Origin: Ignavibacteriota bacterium
Lineage (GTDB): Bacteria; Bacteroidota; Ignavibacteria; UBA10030; CAVZMI01
Length of the DNA: 64,000 bases
Direction: 5' to 3'
NCBI GenBank assembly: GCA_963776275.1
Contig: CAVZMI010000038.1
Coordinates: 1-64,000 of the forward strand
Every line of letters begins with the position of its first letter. The stretch's first letter is position 1. The notes beneath the pieces were generated by a model that saw nothing but the letters and a program-made list of their open reading frames with translations, ran no database searches and was not told the origin of the DNA. Of this stretch, positions 52,602-63,154 are shown piece by piece. The translations under genes and the position numbers were made by a program.

Positions 52602-53036
52602 ATGAATATTAAATCAACACGTAGATGGATTTTCGTTGCATTTGCATGGGTAGCAGTGATCTATGTGGGTACGAGTTCTCCGTTGATGGCCGGGACGGTA
52701 ACCAGAGCGTTATTCGGTAATTATGATGGGATGATACGTTCTCTCGGGCATATGTGCGAATTTTTCATACTGACGTTCATACTTTATGGAATACTCACCT
52801 CGCGTCGGTTATACGGGTGGAAAGGCGTAGCTCTTGTGCTATTTATTGCAGCAGTCGTTGCATTCCTGGATGAATATCACCAGCTTTTTGTTCCGGGGAG
52901 AAGTTATAAAAATGTCGATATTGTAAAAGATATGATTGGCGTCTGTAGTGCGCTTGTAATGGCTAAAATCCCTCAGATAAGGAGAAAGATATTCAATGAG
53001 AAGCCGCGATACCGGCGTGTTGCATATTACATATAA
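52602..53036 (+). CDS. VanZ-family membrane protein
   Basis: RSLGHMCEF, LDEYHQLFVPGR...D...D; GGAGG RBS. Confidence 0.88.
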   Translation: MNIKSTRRWIFVAFAWVAVIYVGTSSPLMAGTVTRALFGNYDGMIRSLGHMCEFFILTFILYGILTSRRLYGWKGVALVLFIAAVVAFLDEYHQLFVPGRSYKNVDIVKDMIGVCSALVMAKIPQIRRKIFNEKPRYRRVAYYI

Positions 53037-53077
53037 GTCTAAAACCATATAAATTCTCTTTAAATTCATCTCTGACG

Positions 53078-53104
53078 CGCGTTCATAAGGACGCGTTTTT
53101 TTTT
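53078..53104 (+). terminator. Intrinsic terminator
   Basis: CGCGTTC-ATAA-GGACGCG then T9. Confidence 0.75.
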
Positions 53105-53384
53105 GATTATTCGATAATCGTATTATTTGAGGGAAATACATTTCATAATTCCTTGACTTTTATCACAGATTTTTTAAAATTAATGTAATTAACGTGGCAG
53201 ACCGCGTTTAGGCTTTAAAAAAGCTGGAACTGCCTCCCCCTCCGGATTGTTGGCTCTATGGTTTTCGGAGAGCCGGTGGGGAGAACCCATAAAAAAGTAC
53301 TTTCCTTGCGAGAATTTTCGTTTTTTATTGTTGTTGACTATCATACGTTTCGGTGAATAAACTAAAAGAAAGGTATACTGGGGC

Positions 53385-55742
53385 ATGAGTTCTCAAAGCA
53401 AAGTGACGTACATGGGAGAATTGGACTTCCATGATTATTATCAAATCATCTACCGCGGCCGCTGGATCATCCTCTTCTGCTTTCTCGCCATAGTGCTTGC
53501 GACAGCTGTCTATACGTTCTCAAGCAATTTTATTTATCAATCGACCGCCTCCGTGTCTGTCGATCTTCGAAATCCTTTGACCCGCATGAAAACAATCGGG
53601 ACTACACAGGAATACCCGATTTATGATCCCGAGCGTATAGTGAAAAATGAGGTCGAAGTTCTCAAGTCCCGTTTTCTTGCGTATGCGCTGGCAAAAGAGC
53701 TGTTAAAGCGAGAATATATAGATTCGATTTCTAAAGAACCCATCCGGATCATCCATCGTAACCGCGATGGTAGTGCCCCGCTCATGGATGCGGATATCAT
53801 CACACTCCTTATTCAATCGGATATTACAATCACTCCGAGCAGGGATGCTGACTTTATCGAAATTACAGCACGTAGTAGTACGCCCCAGGAAGCCGCATTA
53901 TTGGCGAATATGTATGTTGATGCCTATTTTAACAATAATGTGTCGGCGAGCCGGCTGCGATCGCGGAGCGTTCGTGAATTCTTGGAGGGACAGGTCAAGG
54001 CAAAACAGGTAGAACTCACATCGGCTGAGTTAGCGCAGAAAGATTTCATGGAACGTGAACGGATTGTATCGCTCGATGATGAATCAAAAAAGATCATTGA
54101 TATTCTTTCGCGCTTCCAGGCGGCACGGGATGAGGCAATGATTGAATCAGAAGCAATCGGGAGACTATTGGTTTCTTATCAGGACCAGCTCGAACTGGTT
54201 GAACCGCAAACCGCGAAAAATATTGCCTCGGCAGGAGATAAATATATCGAACAACTCCAGACAGAAATTGCTCGTCTCGAGGTCAATCGCGATGTTATTA
54301 TTGCTCAGAATCCACAGACGGCATCCCTGCAGATATATAACCAGCAGCTTCGCGAAACAGAAAATCAGATAAATTCTCTCCGTGAAAAACTGAAAGAAAA
54401 GACCGATGAATTAATGAAGACCTCCATTCCGGACCAGCCTTCAAGTGGACAAACGGGAGCATTTGGATATATCAGAGTATTGAAAGAAAGGATTATCGAT
54501 TGTCAGATTAAAAAGCAGGCTTACAATTCACGTATCAAGATCCTGACCGAAATAATCAGGCAGTATGAAGGACAATTCAATCGTCTGCCGGGCCGTAGTA
54601 TGAGGTATGCGCAACTTCAGCGTAATAAATCGACGAGTGAAAAAGTGTACCTGATGGTCTCGGAAAAATTTCAGGAAGCATTCATTGCAGAGCAGTCGGA
54701 ATTTGGTTATATCAATGTTCTTGATCGAGCCGAACCTGCCTTTCAGCCCGTGAGCCCGAAAATTTTCATGAATATGGCGTTGGCAGTGTTAGGAGGGATT
54801 ATCCTCGGCCTCGGAGTTGTTATTTTGCGCGAGTTAATCGACAGCCGTGTCCGTAGTCCCGAAGATGTGAAGAAACAGGGATTGGTAACACTGGCGCTCG
54901 TCCATAATTTTGATACTATTCAGGAAGTTAAAGAAAATATTATGGGGGGAAATGGGAGCGGATACCCTTCCGGTGAATTTCAAAATGGAGCAATGAATCT
55001 TAAGAAGTCGCTCGTCGTCTATTATAATCCAATGTCGCCGGTCGCCGAGTCGTTCCGACGGCTGCGTACGAGTCTCTTTTTTGCATCGCCTGAAAAACCC
55101 CTCAAGAGCATACTTGTTACAAGTGCAGAACCGTCAGAAGGTAAGACAACGATTGTAGCAAATCTTGCATTGACGTATGCTCAATTAGGGAAAAAGACGC
55201 TTATAGTCGATGGCGATCTTCGCCGGGGGGCGTTGCATAAGTTTATCGGTGGAGAAAAATCGCCCGGACTTACGGAGTTTTTGACCGAAGAATCAAAATT
55301 TGATTCTGTTATTGCGAAAACGAACATCGATGATCTATCGTTCGTCGGATGCGGATTGCATTCACCGAATCCTGCAGAACTTTTAAGTACTCCTCTGATG
55401 CATTCCTTCAAAAAAAGCACTGAAAAAGCATACGATCTGGTGATCTACGATTCGTCGCCTCTCCTTCTGGTCACAGATGGCCTAGTTCTTGCCTCACTTG
55501 TTGATGGAGTGATTCTCGTGGTACAATCCGGAGAAACTCGGACTGCAGTACTTGAAAAGTCTATTGAAATGTTGCAACAGGTTGGAGCTAATATTATTGG
55601 TGTTGTAGTAAACCGATTCGATTATCGCAGCACACTTCATTCATACTACAAATCATATACATATTATACATATGAAGCTCCGGGCGAAGAGAATGGAAAA
55701 ACAAGGCAAAGCCGGAAACGTAAAGAAGTGAAGAGGGCATAA
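53385..55742 (+). CDS. wzc: Wzc-like polysaccharide co-polymerase / tyrosine autokinase
   Basis: Wzz-like N-terminus, PVSP, ESFRRLRT, GKTT, VDGDLR, PNPAELL, Tyr-rich tail. Confidence 0.93.
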   Translation: MSSQSKVTYMGELDFHDYYQIIYRGRWIILFCFLAIVLATAVYTFSSNFIYQSTASVSVDLRNPLTRMKTIGTTQEYPIYDPERIVKNEVEVLKSRFLAYALAKELLKREYIDSISKEPIRIIHRNRDGSAPLMDADIITLLIQSDITITPSRDADFIEITARSSTPQEAALLANMYVDAYFNNNVSASRLRSRSVREFLEGQVKAKQVELTSAELAQKDFMERERIVSLDDESKKIIDILSRFQAARDEAMIESEAIGRLLVSYQDQLELVEPQTAKNIASAGDKYIEQLQTEIARLEVNRDVIIAQNPQTASLQIYNQQLRETENQINSLREKLKEKTDELMKTSIPDQPSSGQTGAFGYIRVLKERIIDCQIKKQAYNSRIKILTEIIRQYEGQFNRLPGRSMRYAQLQRNKSTSEKVYLMVSEKFQEAFIAEQSEFGYINVLDRAEPAFQPVSPKIFMNMALAVLGGIILGLGVVILRELIDSRVRSPEDVKKQGLVTLALVHNFDTIQEVKENIMGGNGSGYPSGEFQNGAMNLKKSLVVYYNPMSPVAESFRRLRTSLFFASPEKPLKSILVTSAEPSEGKTTIVANLALTYAQLGKKTLIVDGDLRRGALHKFIGGEKSPGLTEFLTEESKFDSVIAKTNIDDLSFVGCGLHSPNPAELLSTPLMHSFKKSTEKAYDLVIYDSSPLLLVTDGLVLASLVDGVILVVQSGETRTAVLEKSIEMLQQVGANIIGVVVNRFDYRSTLHSYYKSYTYYTYEAPGEENGKTRQSRKRKEVKRA

Positions 55743-55795
55743 TACTGAATAGATATCATGTAATTTACTTTAACGCTGACAGAGGAAACGTCGAT

Positions 55796-56284
55796 ATGAG
55801 TAACACAAAAAGGATAATTTTCGCTATTCTGCTTTGTCTTTTTTCAATTTCTTTTACCCAATCACAGGTCGCTACTGTTATTGGAAGTACATCTTTTTAT
55901 AAACTTACAAAGCCAGGCGAGTACTCGATCACTGTAAATCTATGGGGGTATGTTCGGAACCCTGGACGGTATGAAGTACCCAGCGATTGTGATATTGTTC
56001 AATTAATATCCTTCGCCGGTGGTCCGTCGAACCATGCCGATCTGGAAAATATAAAATTATATCGTATACGTCCGGACTCCGGCTTGATATCGAAGCAGGA
56101 TCTCACCTTAGTCAACCTGGAGGATATGCTAAGGTCAAAGAATCGGCCGATCCTTCTCCAACATAGTGATACCATCATCCTTGAACCGACAAGCTACCCA
56201 TTCTGGATGGATGTCCTTGCAGTTTTTAGAGATGTTTCCTGGATTATTTATTCGGTAGCGGTCGTATATCAAATTTTGAAGTGA
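55796..56284 (+). CDS. SLBB-domain polysaccharide export-associated protein
   Basis: VNLWGYVRNPGRYEV...LISFAGG. Confidence 0.8.
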   Translation: MSNTKRIIFAILLCLFSISFTQSQVATVIGSTSFYKLTKPGEYSITVNLWGYVRNPGRYEVPSDCDIVQLISFAGGPSNHADLENIKLYRIRPDSGLISKQDLTLVNLEDMLRSKNRPILLQHSDTIILEPTSYPFWMDVLAVFRDVSWIIYSVAVVYQILK

Positions 56285-56405
56285 TCTTAATATAAAATTA
56301 TTGTTTCATTCGAAGAAATTTGTAGAATATAAATTTTTCGCCTTACTCCATGGTAGTATCCACGAACAGATCTATGAGTAATGCTCTGGTGTTGAAAGGA
56401 GATCT

Positions 56406-57656
56406 GTGAGGGTTGTTCATCTCAGTACAGATGATATACAAGGTGGAGCGGCGATTGCTGCTTTTCGGATACATCGCGGTCTATGTGAAGCGGGTATTGA
56501 TTCGGTCATGCTTGTCGGAAAAAAGCTGACCGAGGATGTTCGTGTGATTTGTTCGACATCACGTTTTCATGAAGGGATGCGGATCATCCGGCGGAATATT
56601 GATTCGATCCCTTTTCGTTTTTATAAACGCCGCTGGTCGCTCGGATGGCTGCCGTCAACCATCCATCGACGCATAAATGAATTACACCCCGATATAGTTC
56701 ATATCCATCTTGTCTCCGACGGTTTTCTTCCTCTCCGGTTATTGCAGAAATTAAAAATCCCGATTGTATGGACGATGCACGATATGTGGGCATTCACAGG
56801 AGGATGTCACTACAGCAGCAATTGCACACGATATACTCAGAAGTGCGGAGCTTGTCCCCAATTATACTCACATCGTGAATCGGATCTGACACGGTTTGGA
56901 TGGTCGATGAAGGCATCAGCCGTGAAGAAGCTGAATATGACCGTGGTTGGTCCGAGCCTCTGGATGGCCCAATGTGCTCAAAGCAGTAGTGTCTTTCAAC
57001 ATGTATCCGTAATGAATATTCCCTATGGCCTTGACCTGAAGGAATTCAAACCTATCGATCAGACCACAGCCCGTACCATTCTGGGTCTCCCAAAAGATAA
57101 ACGGTTACTTCTGTTCGGCGGTATGAGTCCCACCGATGACCCGAGAAAAGGATTTCGACAGCTGATCGAAGCGTTACAGAATGATGAGATCCGGAAGAAA
57201 ATGAGCGATGTCGAGGTAATCATTTTTGGGGCTTCGCAGTTGAATTCGCAATTATCTCTTCCGCTGAAAACTCATTTTATGGGTCGTGTCCACGATACAA
57301 GCAGCCTGAACCTCATCTACTCAGCTTCGGATGCATTCGTTGCTCCTTCGCTTGAAGAGAATCTTGCCAATACAGTACTTGAGTCCCTTGCCAGCGGTAC
57401 GCCAGTCATTGCATTCCGCATCGGCGGTATGCCCGACATGATCAGGCACAATGAGAATGGATATCTCGCTGCTCCACTCGATCCGGCAGATCTCGCAATG
57501 GGGATCAACTGGGTGTTATCTGAAAAGAATCGCCTTGAGAAACTCCGGATAAATGCACGACGCACGATCGAAGAGAAGTTCGATATCCGAGATGTTGCAC
57601 GGCAGTATAGTGAATTGTACTCTCAAATGTCGTCAGTAACAGTCCCCTCTCTCTGA
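56406..57656 (+). CDS. GT4 glycosyltransferase (WcaC-like)
   Basis: GGAAIAA, WTMHDMWAFTGGCHY, RKG, ENLANTVLES, GGMPD. Confidence 0.9.
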   Translation: MRVVHLSTDDIQGGAAIAAFRIHRGLCEAGIDSVMLVGKKLTEDVRVICSTSRFHEGMRIIRRNIDSIPFRFYKRRWSLGWLPSTIHRRINELHPDIVHIHLVSDGFLPLRLLQKLKIPIVWTMHDMWAFTGGCHYSSNCTRYTQKCGACPQLYSHRESDLTRFGWSMKASAVKKLNMTVVGPSLWMAQCAQSSSVFQHVSVMNIPYGLDLKEFKPIDQTTARTILGLPKDKRLLLFGGMSPTDDPRKGFRQLIEALQNDEIRKKMSDVEVIIFGASQLNSQLSLPLKTHFMGRVHDTSSLNLIYSASDAFVAPSLEENLANTVLESLASGTPVIAFRIGGMPDMIRHNENGYLAAPLDPADLAMGINWVLSEKNRLEKLRINARRTIEEKFDIRDVARQYSELYSQMSSVTVPSL

Positions 57657-57975
57657 GAGGGGCGTCGTCCTGAGCGAGTCCCGCCGGACTTGTCCCGAAG
57701 TTCATCGAGGGATGGCGGGACGAGTCGAAGGATGGTCGCCGTAGGGAGGGCGGGGTGTGTTAGATGGCGCTTTATGACACACCCCTATGCTTCCCCTCTC
57801 AAGAGGGGAATATTTTCTTTTTTTCAATGTTCCGTTATCTTCATTCGAAATAATTATTTGAGCTTGGTATTTATAACAGTTGAGATAATAACAGTCCCCT
57901 CTCTTTGAGAGGGGTGGTCGCCTACGGCGACCGGGGTGTGTAAGAGAGTGCTTTATCACACACCCTCTCCATAGA
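57636..57975. repeat. Duplicated CCCCTCT/AGAGGGG hairpin element, first copy with nested insertions
   Basis: TAACAGTCCCCTCTCT..GAGAGGGG...GGGGTGTG...ACACACCC at ~57637 and ~57888. Confidence 0.75.
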
Positions 57976-58040
57976 GGTGTGTTTTCGATTTTCTTATATC
58001 AGGTTTTTTCTCAGTCAATTTAATTGTTAAAACCCTCGCA

Positions 58041-59372
58041 ATGAACCTTTTTTCAAAACTGACACAAAAAATAATCGCCTGGATGGGCGGTGGGACAAAT
58101 TCGGCCCGAGTTCTCGCCAACCTTCAGTGGCTTGTAGCCGATCGGTTCATCCGTGCAGTTTTTGGTTTCATCATCAGCGTTCTGGTAACTCGTTACCTTG
58201 GACCCGACTATTTTGGAACGCTGAGTTATGCAGTTGCCTACGTAGGAATGTTCGCAGCATTTGCCGGTCTGGGACTTGAGACAATAGTCATCCGCGAAAT
58301 TGCCAAAGATGTCTCAAAAAAAAATGTATTGCTGGGGACAGCATTTTTCCTTAAATCCACCGCAAGTATCTTCGCATTGATCTGTATCATCGTTAGTACA
58401 CTGATTTCTGATATGGATCATACAACAAAAATTCTCATCGCGATAGTAGCAGCCGGTCTTTTTTTCAACGGGTGGGACGTCGTCGATTACTGGTTCCAGT
58501 CGCAAGTCCAATCGCGGTTCAACGTTATCGCACGGAACGTATCGAATGTCCTTTCCATCCTTGTCAGGCTTATCCTGGTTCTCTTTCACGCGCCTTTGAT
58601 TGCATTTGCAATAGCCACTGCAGTCGATACATTACTCGCGGCAGCAGCGCTGGCCATAGCTTATCTGAAGACCTCCGATCACATTCGTGAGTGGAAGATC
58701 GAATTCCTGTTGGCAAACTCATTGCTGAAAGAATCATGGCCGTTGATGCTATCGGCCTTTGCCGTCACAGTATACATGAGAGTGGATCAAATTATTTTGG
58801 GAAATTTCGGCGGGTCTCACAGCGTGGGAATTTATGCAGCCGCGGTGAAATTATCCGAGTTATGGTATTTCATTCCAATGGCGATTTCATCATCGATTTT
58901 TCCTATACTTGTTTCGTACCGGAAAGAAAATGAACAATTATTTTATAGTAAATTTCAAAAATATTCCGCAGTGCTGGTGGTAATTTCTGTCGGTATTGCC
59001 ATAGTCACTACATTATTTTCGGGTAGTATCACCCGACTTATCTACGGGGCACGGTTCAGTGAATCCGCGCCGGTTCTTGCACTGTATATATGGGCGGGAA
59101 TTTTTGTGTTTATTGGCGTAGGGGCTTCAAACTGGACGATTATCGAGGGGCGCCAGAAGATTCTTATGTATGCCACATTTGCAGGGGCAGTATCGAATGT
59201 TGTACTTAATCTATTACTCGTCCCGCGTTATCATGAAATGGGTGCTGCAGTTGCCACTATCGTGGGTTATGCTGTTGCCGGCTATTTTACTTTTTTCGTA
59301 TTGCCTGAATCAAGAAAAGTGGCTATTATATTCACAAAAGCCATCTTTTTCCCGTGGAAATATTTATTATAG
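58041..59372 (+). CDS. wzx: Wzx flippase
   Basis: RYLGPDYFG, LLKESWPL, YMRVDQI, VGIYAAA, LVPRY..MGAA. Confidence 0.92.
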   Translation: MNLFSKLTQKIIAWMGGGTNSARVLANLQWLVADRFIRAVFGFIISVLVTRYLGPDYFGTLSYAVAYVGMFAAFAGLGLETIVIREIAKDVSKKNVLLGTAFFLKSTASIFALICIIVSTLISDMDHTTKILIAIVAAGLFFNGWDVVDYWFQSQVQSRFNVIARNVSNVLSILVRLILVLFHAPLIAFAIATAVDTLLAAAALAIAYLKTSDHIREWKIEFLLANSLLKESWPLMLSAFAVTVYMRVDQIILGNFGGSHSVGIYAAAVKLSELWYFIPMAISSSIFPILVSYRKENEQLFYSKFQKYSAVLVVISVGIAIVTTLFSGSITRLIYGARFSESAPVLALYIWAGIFVFIGVGASNWTIIEGRQKILMYATFAGAVSNVVLNLLLVPRYHEMGAAVATIVGYAVAGYFTFFVLPESRKVAIIFTKAIFFPWKYLL

Positions 59373-59416
59373 TGTCTCGATTGATGGTTCGACGAGCTCA
59401 CCACAAGCTCGACACA
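59372..59416. repeat. Nested REP-like hairpins
   Basis: GTGTCTCGA..TGGTTCGACGAGCTCACCACAAG..CTCGACAC. Confidence 0.65.
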
Positions 59417-59469
59417 GGTATTTTTTCGGATCTTTTTGCCGAATATATATAATAGTGGTATCCGAGGAT

Positions 59470-60108
59470 ATGATATATAAAATATTGAAACGATGTGCAG
59501 CGGTATGCGCTCTGATGGTATTTGAGCTGAAAGCTCTTCTGAAATCGGTCTATTCGATTGTGAAAGTGAGGCTCTGGGGGGAGAGGATACTCAATGCACG
59601 GATTGAAATCGGCAGTTCTCATCCTCGCAAGGGATTCTATACGCTTGATCTCAGCGGGAAAGCCGATTTCCCCTTTGACTTACGGAACGGATTGCCATTC
59701 CCGGATAATTCGATCAGTACGATCTATGCAGAACATATACTTGAACATTTTGCATACAATGAATTTCTATATTTACTGCAGGAAGTCCGCCGCGTGCTGA
59801 TTCCTGCCGGAGTATTCTCGATTGTCGTTCCCGATGTACGCCCATTGATGATGGCATATTCTGTTCCTGAAGACGAGTTTAAGCAGCGTGTAACATATGA
59901 ATATCCCGGGAATCTCAAAACGAAGCTCGATATCATCAATTTTCTTTTCTATATGGACGGCGGTCATAAAAATGCATTTGATGCCGATAATATTACCCGT
60001 GCACTCTCTGATGCAGGTTTTGTGAATGTTCGTTCGCGTGAATTCGACCCGGAACTTGATAAGGAAGAGCGGAGAAAAAATTCGTTATATATGGAAGGCA
60101 GAAAATAA
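59470..60108 (+). CDS. SAM-dependent methyltransferase (Methyltransf_11-like)
   Basis: IEIGS, LPFPDNS, EHILEH, RVLIPAG...VPD; GAGGA RBS. Confidence 0.85.
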   Translation: MIYKILKRCAAVCALMVFELKALLKSVYSIVKVRLWGERILNARIEIGSSHPRKGFYTLDLSGKADFPFDLRNGLPFPDNSISTIYAEHILEHFAYNEFLYLLQEVRRVLIPAGVFSIVVPDVRPLMMAYSVPEDEFKQRVTYEYPGNLKTKLDIINFLFYMDGGHKNAFDADNITRALSDAGFVNVRSREFDPELDKEERRKNSLYMEGRK

Positions 60109-60947
60109 TGTCACTGAAATCATCCATAGCATCAACTCTTACACGGATCTATCGCACCCTTTTTGCACGGAGGTGCTGCTGGGAATTGAATCTCTTTCTA
60201 TACGATCTGGCTCTCAGGGGAATGGGAATTCTAAATTATGAAAACCGGGGTGTCAGTGGGGAAAAAAGATTCTTACAGGATTACTTGAGACCAAAAAACC
60301 ACAGTATCGTCGTCGATGTGGGGGCGAATATTGGTGAATACGCGAAAATGGTGATCGAAATCCAACCGACCGCCACTGTTTATGCGATTGAACCGCATCC
60401 GGTTACATTTGTGAAACTTCAACAGAATGCAGATGCCAATAAATTCAGAGCATTTAATTTCGCCTGCGATGCACATGGCGGACAAATAACTTTATATGAT
60501 TATGCAGAAAATGATGGATCGGAACATGCTTCTGTTTTTAAAGAGGCAATAATGGAATTTTATCATAAAGAGCCAGTGGCACATGTTGTCACCTTAATGA
60601 CATTAGACGATTTTATGATTCAGAATACTATAGAAAAAATCGACTTGCTCAAAATCGATGTCGAGGGGAATGAATTGAATGTTTTGAAAGGATGTACGAG
60701 GGCAATCGGGGAAGGAAAGATAAACGTGATTCATTTCGAATTCAACGAAATGAATATTCTCAGCCGGACCTATTTCAAAGACTTTATTACGGCTCTTCCG
60801 GAATATGTTTTCTTTCGTATGCTTCCCTCGGGTCTAAAGCCGATGAGGGAATACAGACCCCTTACTCATGAAATCTTCGCTTTTCAGAATATTGTCGCGA
60901 TGCGTCATGCCATGATGGATGAAAAGTTTAGGGAGCTTATTACCTAA
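60108..60947 (+). CDS. FkbM-family methyltransferase
   Basis: DVGANIG, AIEP, TLDDF, LKIDVEGNEL. Confidence 0.92.
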   Translation: MSLKSSIASTLTRIYRTLFARRCCWELNLFLYDLALRGMGILNYENRGVSGEKRFLQDYLRPKNHSIVVDVGANIGEYAKMVIEIQPTATVYAIEPHPVTFVKLQQNADANKFRAFNFACDAHGGQITLYDYAENDGSEHASVFKEAIMEFYHKEPVAHVVTLMTLDDFMIQNTIEKIDLLKIDVEGNELNVLKGCTRAIGEGKINVIHFEFNEMNILSRTYFKDFITALPEYVFFRMLPSGLKPMREYRPLTHEIFAFQNIVAMRHAMMDEKFRELIT

Positions 60948-61074
60948 CAAGATTAATCTAATAAAGTTTTAATGCGATTTGGCTGGCAAAACCGAAGAAA
61001 CTATATATTATACGGGTTTAAGAATCATAATTTTAAGCATTGTACTAGGAATCAAAAACTTTCGCTTGGATTTT

Positions 61075-62002
61075 ATGCAAACGTCTTTTGACATACCCAT
61101 ATTATTAATCGTTTTTAACAGACCGGGGACAACGTCGAAAGTATTTAGTGTGATAAGAGAAACTAAACCGGGGCGATTATATATTGCTGCGGATGCGTTC
61201 GCGCCCCGGTATTCAAAGTGATCTCGCCGCATGTGCAAGCGTACGAGAAATAGTCGGCAATATTGATTGGCCCTGTGAAAATAAATTTCTATTTCATGAA
61301 AATAATCTTGGTTGTCGAGATTCTATGATAACGGCAATAACGTGGTTATTCACTCATGAAGAAAGAGGAATTATCTTGGAGGACGATTGTCTGCCGGTAC
61401 ACTCCTTTTTTCTTTATTGTAAAGAGTTATTGGATCGGTACAAAGATAATGAAAATATTATGCATATCGGCGGGAATAATTTTCAAAATGGTAAAACACG
61501 GGGTGAGGCGAGCTATTACTTTTCTGCATTTAGTCACAATTGGGGATGGGCTACCTGGAGACGAGCGTGGAATTTGTACGACAAGCAAGTTGATGGGCTG
61601 CAAGATTTATTACAAAAAAAATGCCTCGATAGAATTTTCAAAAGCACTATTGATCGACAGTACTGGACAATGATTTTTGGGCTTATGCGTAGAGGAGAAA
61701 TTTCAATATGGGATTACCAATGGCAATTCAGTATATGGAACAATGGAGGACTTTGCATATCACCAAATAATAATTTAGTCACGAATATAGGATTCGGAGA
61801 TGCTGCCACCCATACTAAAAATATCTATAGTTGGCTGGCGAATCTCCACTCAACTAATATATCAATTCCGCTTATTCATCCGATAAAAATACAACGAGAT
61901 CTCGAAGCTGATGGTTATACTCAGCGTAAAATATTCCGACCAAAACCCTTGATATTGAGAATTATCAAGAAGCTATTTACCATATTCAGAAAAAGAATTT
62001 GA
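61075..62002 (+). CDS. Nucleotide-diphospho-sugar transferase, frameshift near 61197
   Basis: PILLIVFNRP..LYIAAD in one frame; NLGC, IILEDD, WGWATWRRAW, WDYQW, NIGFG in another. Confidence 0.85.
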
Positions 62003-62141
62003 AGTTTTTATACTTTGAATATAGCTTATAAACTTAATAAGGACTTATCATTAAAGCATAGAGAGGGTGATGGTTCATTTTCATAAGATATATGCGCAGA
62101 TAAAGAGATATGATGATCGGTCTTGATTAAACGAGGAGAAA

Positions 62142-63122
62142 ATGGCATTGCATAATACATCTAAAATATTAGAACTCAATAATCTACATCCTGTTTTCCT
62201 GGATATTGGTGCTTCAGGAAAACCGCAGGATATATTAGATCCAATCTCTCGTCAGAGTATCTATATCGGATTCGATCCGGATACGAGAGATACTCAAGAT
62301 TCCAGACCAACACAGTACTGGAAATCATTCATCATCAATAAAGCTATCGTTACAACCGATGATGAAACTAAAACTTCTTTTTTCTTGACACGATCGCCAT
62401 ATTGCTCCAGTACGTTGCTGCCGGATACAAAATCGATTTGTGATTATCTTTTTTCGGATTTATTCATTGTAGAGAAAAAGATCACGGTCGATGCGATTTC
62501 TATTGATAGACTCCTTCAAGAATTAAATTTATCGGGCATCGATTGGTTCAAGACCGACTCACAAGGAACTGATTTGCGACTTTTCAGCAGCATATCATCC
62601 CAAATTCGTTCACGTATTATGGCTGTCGATATCGAACCGGGACTTGTGGATGTTTATCAGGGAGAAGACCTATTTATTAATGCCCATCAAGTATTACTTA
62701 AGGAAGGATTTTGGCCTTCCCGGTTAAATATCGGTAAGGCAATCCGTATGAAGAGATCAAACATGGATTCATTAGTGGCAATTCATTCTCGTTTCTCAGA
62801 AAAGAGAATAAATTCTTTATTACATCCTAGCCCGATATATTGTGAGGCTCGATATTTAAGATCTATTGATTGGTTAGTCGATCATAATTTCAGCAAGAGA
62901 GAATATATCCTGTTATGGATTTTTGCTTTACTTGATGATCAGCCGGGGTACGCTTTTGATATCGTAACGATGTATGAAAATCTTTTTGAACGAGATAATG
63001 TTTTTGACATCATGAGAGATGATACCCTCCGGGTGTTGAAGTCTCGAATGTCATTGCACAATCGTGTCAAACGAATCATAAAAAAAATTATACAGAAAGT
63101 TGAACGGCACTTTTTAAATTAA
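62142..63122 (+). CDS. FkbM-like methyltransferase
   Basis: FLDIGAS, GFDPD, KTDSQGTDL. Confidence 0.75.
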   Translation: MALHNTSKILELNNLHPVFLDIGASGKPQDILDPISRQSIYIGFDPDTRDTQDSRPTQYWKSFIINKAIVTTDDETKTSFFLTRSPYCSSTLLPDTKSICDYLFSDLFIVEKKITVDAISIDRLLQELNLSGIDWFKTDSQGTDLRLFSSISSQIRSRIMAVDIEPGLVDVYQGEDLFINAHQVLLKEGFWPSRLNIGKAIRMKRSNMDSLVAIHSRFSEKRINSLLHPSPIYCEARYLRSIDWLVDHNFSKREYILLWIFALLDDQPGYAFDIVTMYENLFERDNVFDIMRDDTLRVLKSRMSLHNRVKRIIKKIIQKVERHFLN

Positions 63123-63154
63123 TAACTAATAAATTATAAAGAGTATATATAGAT

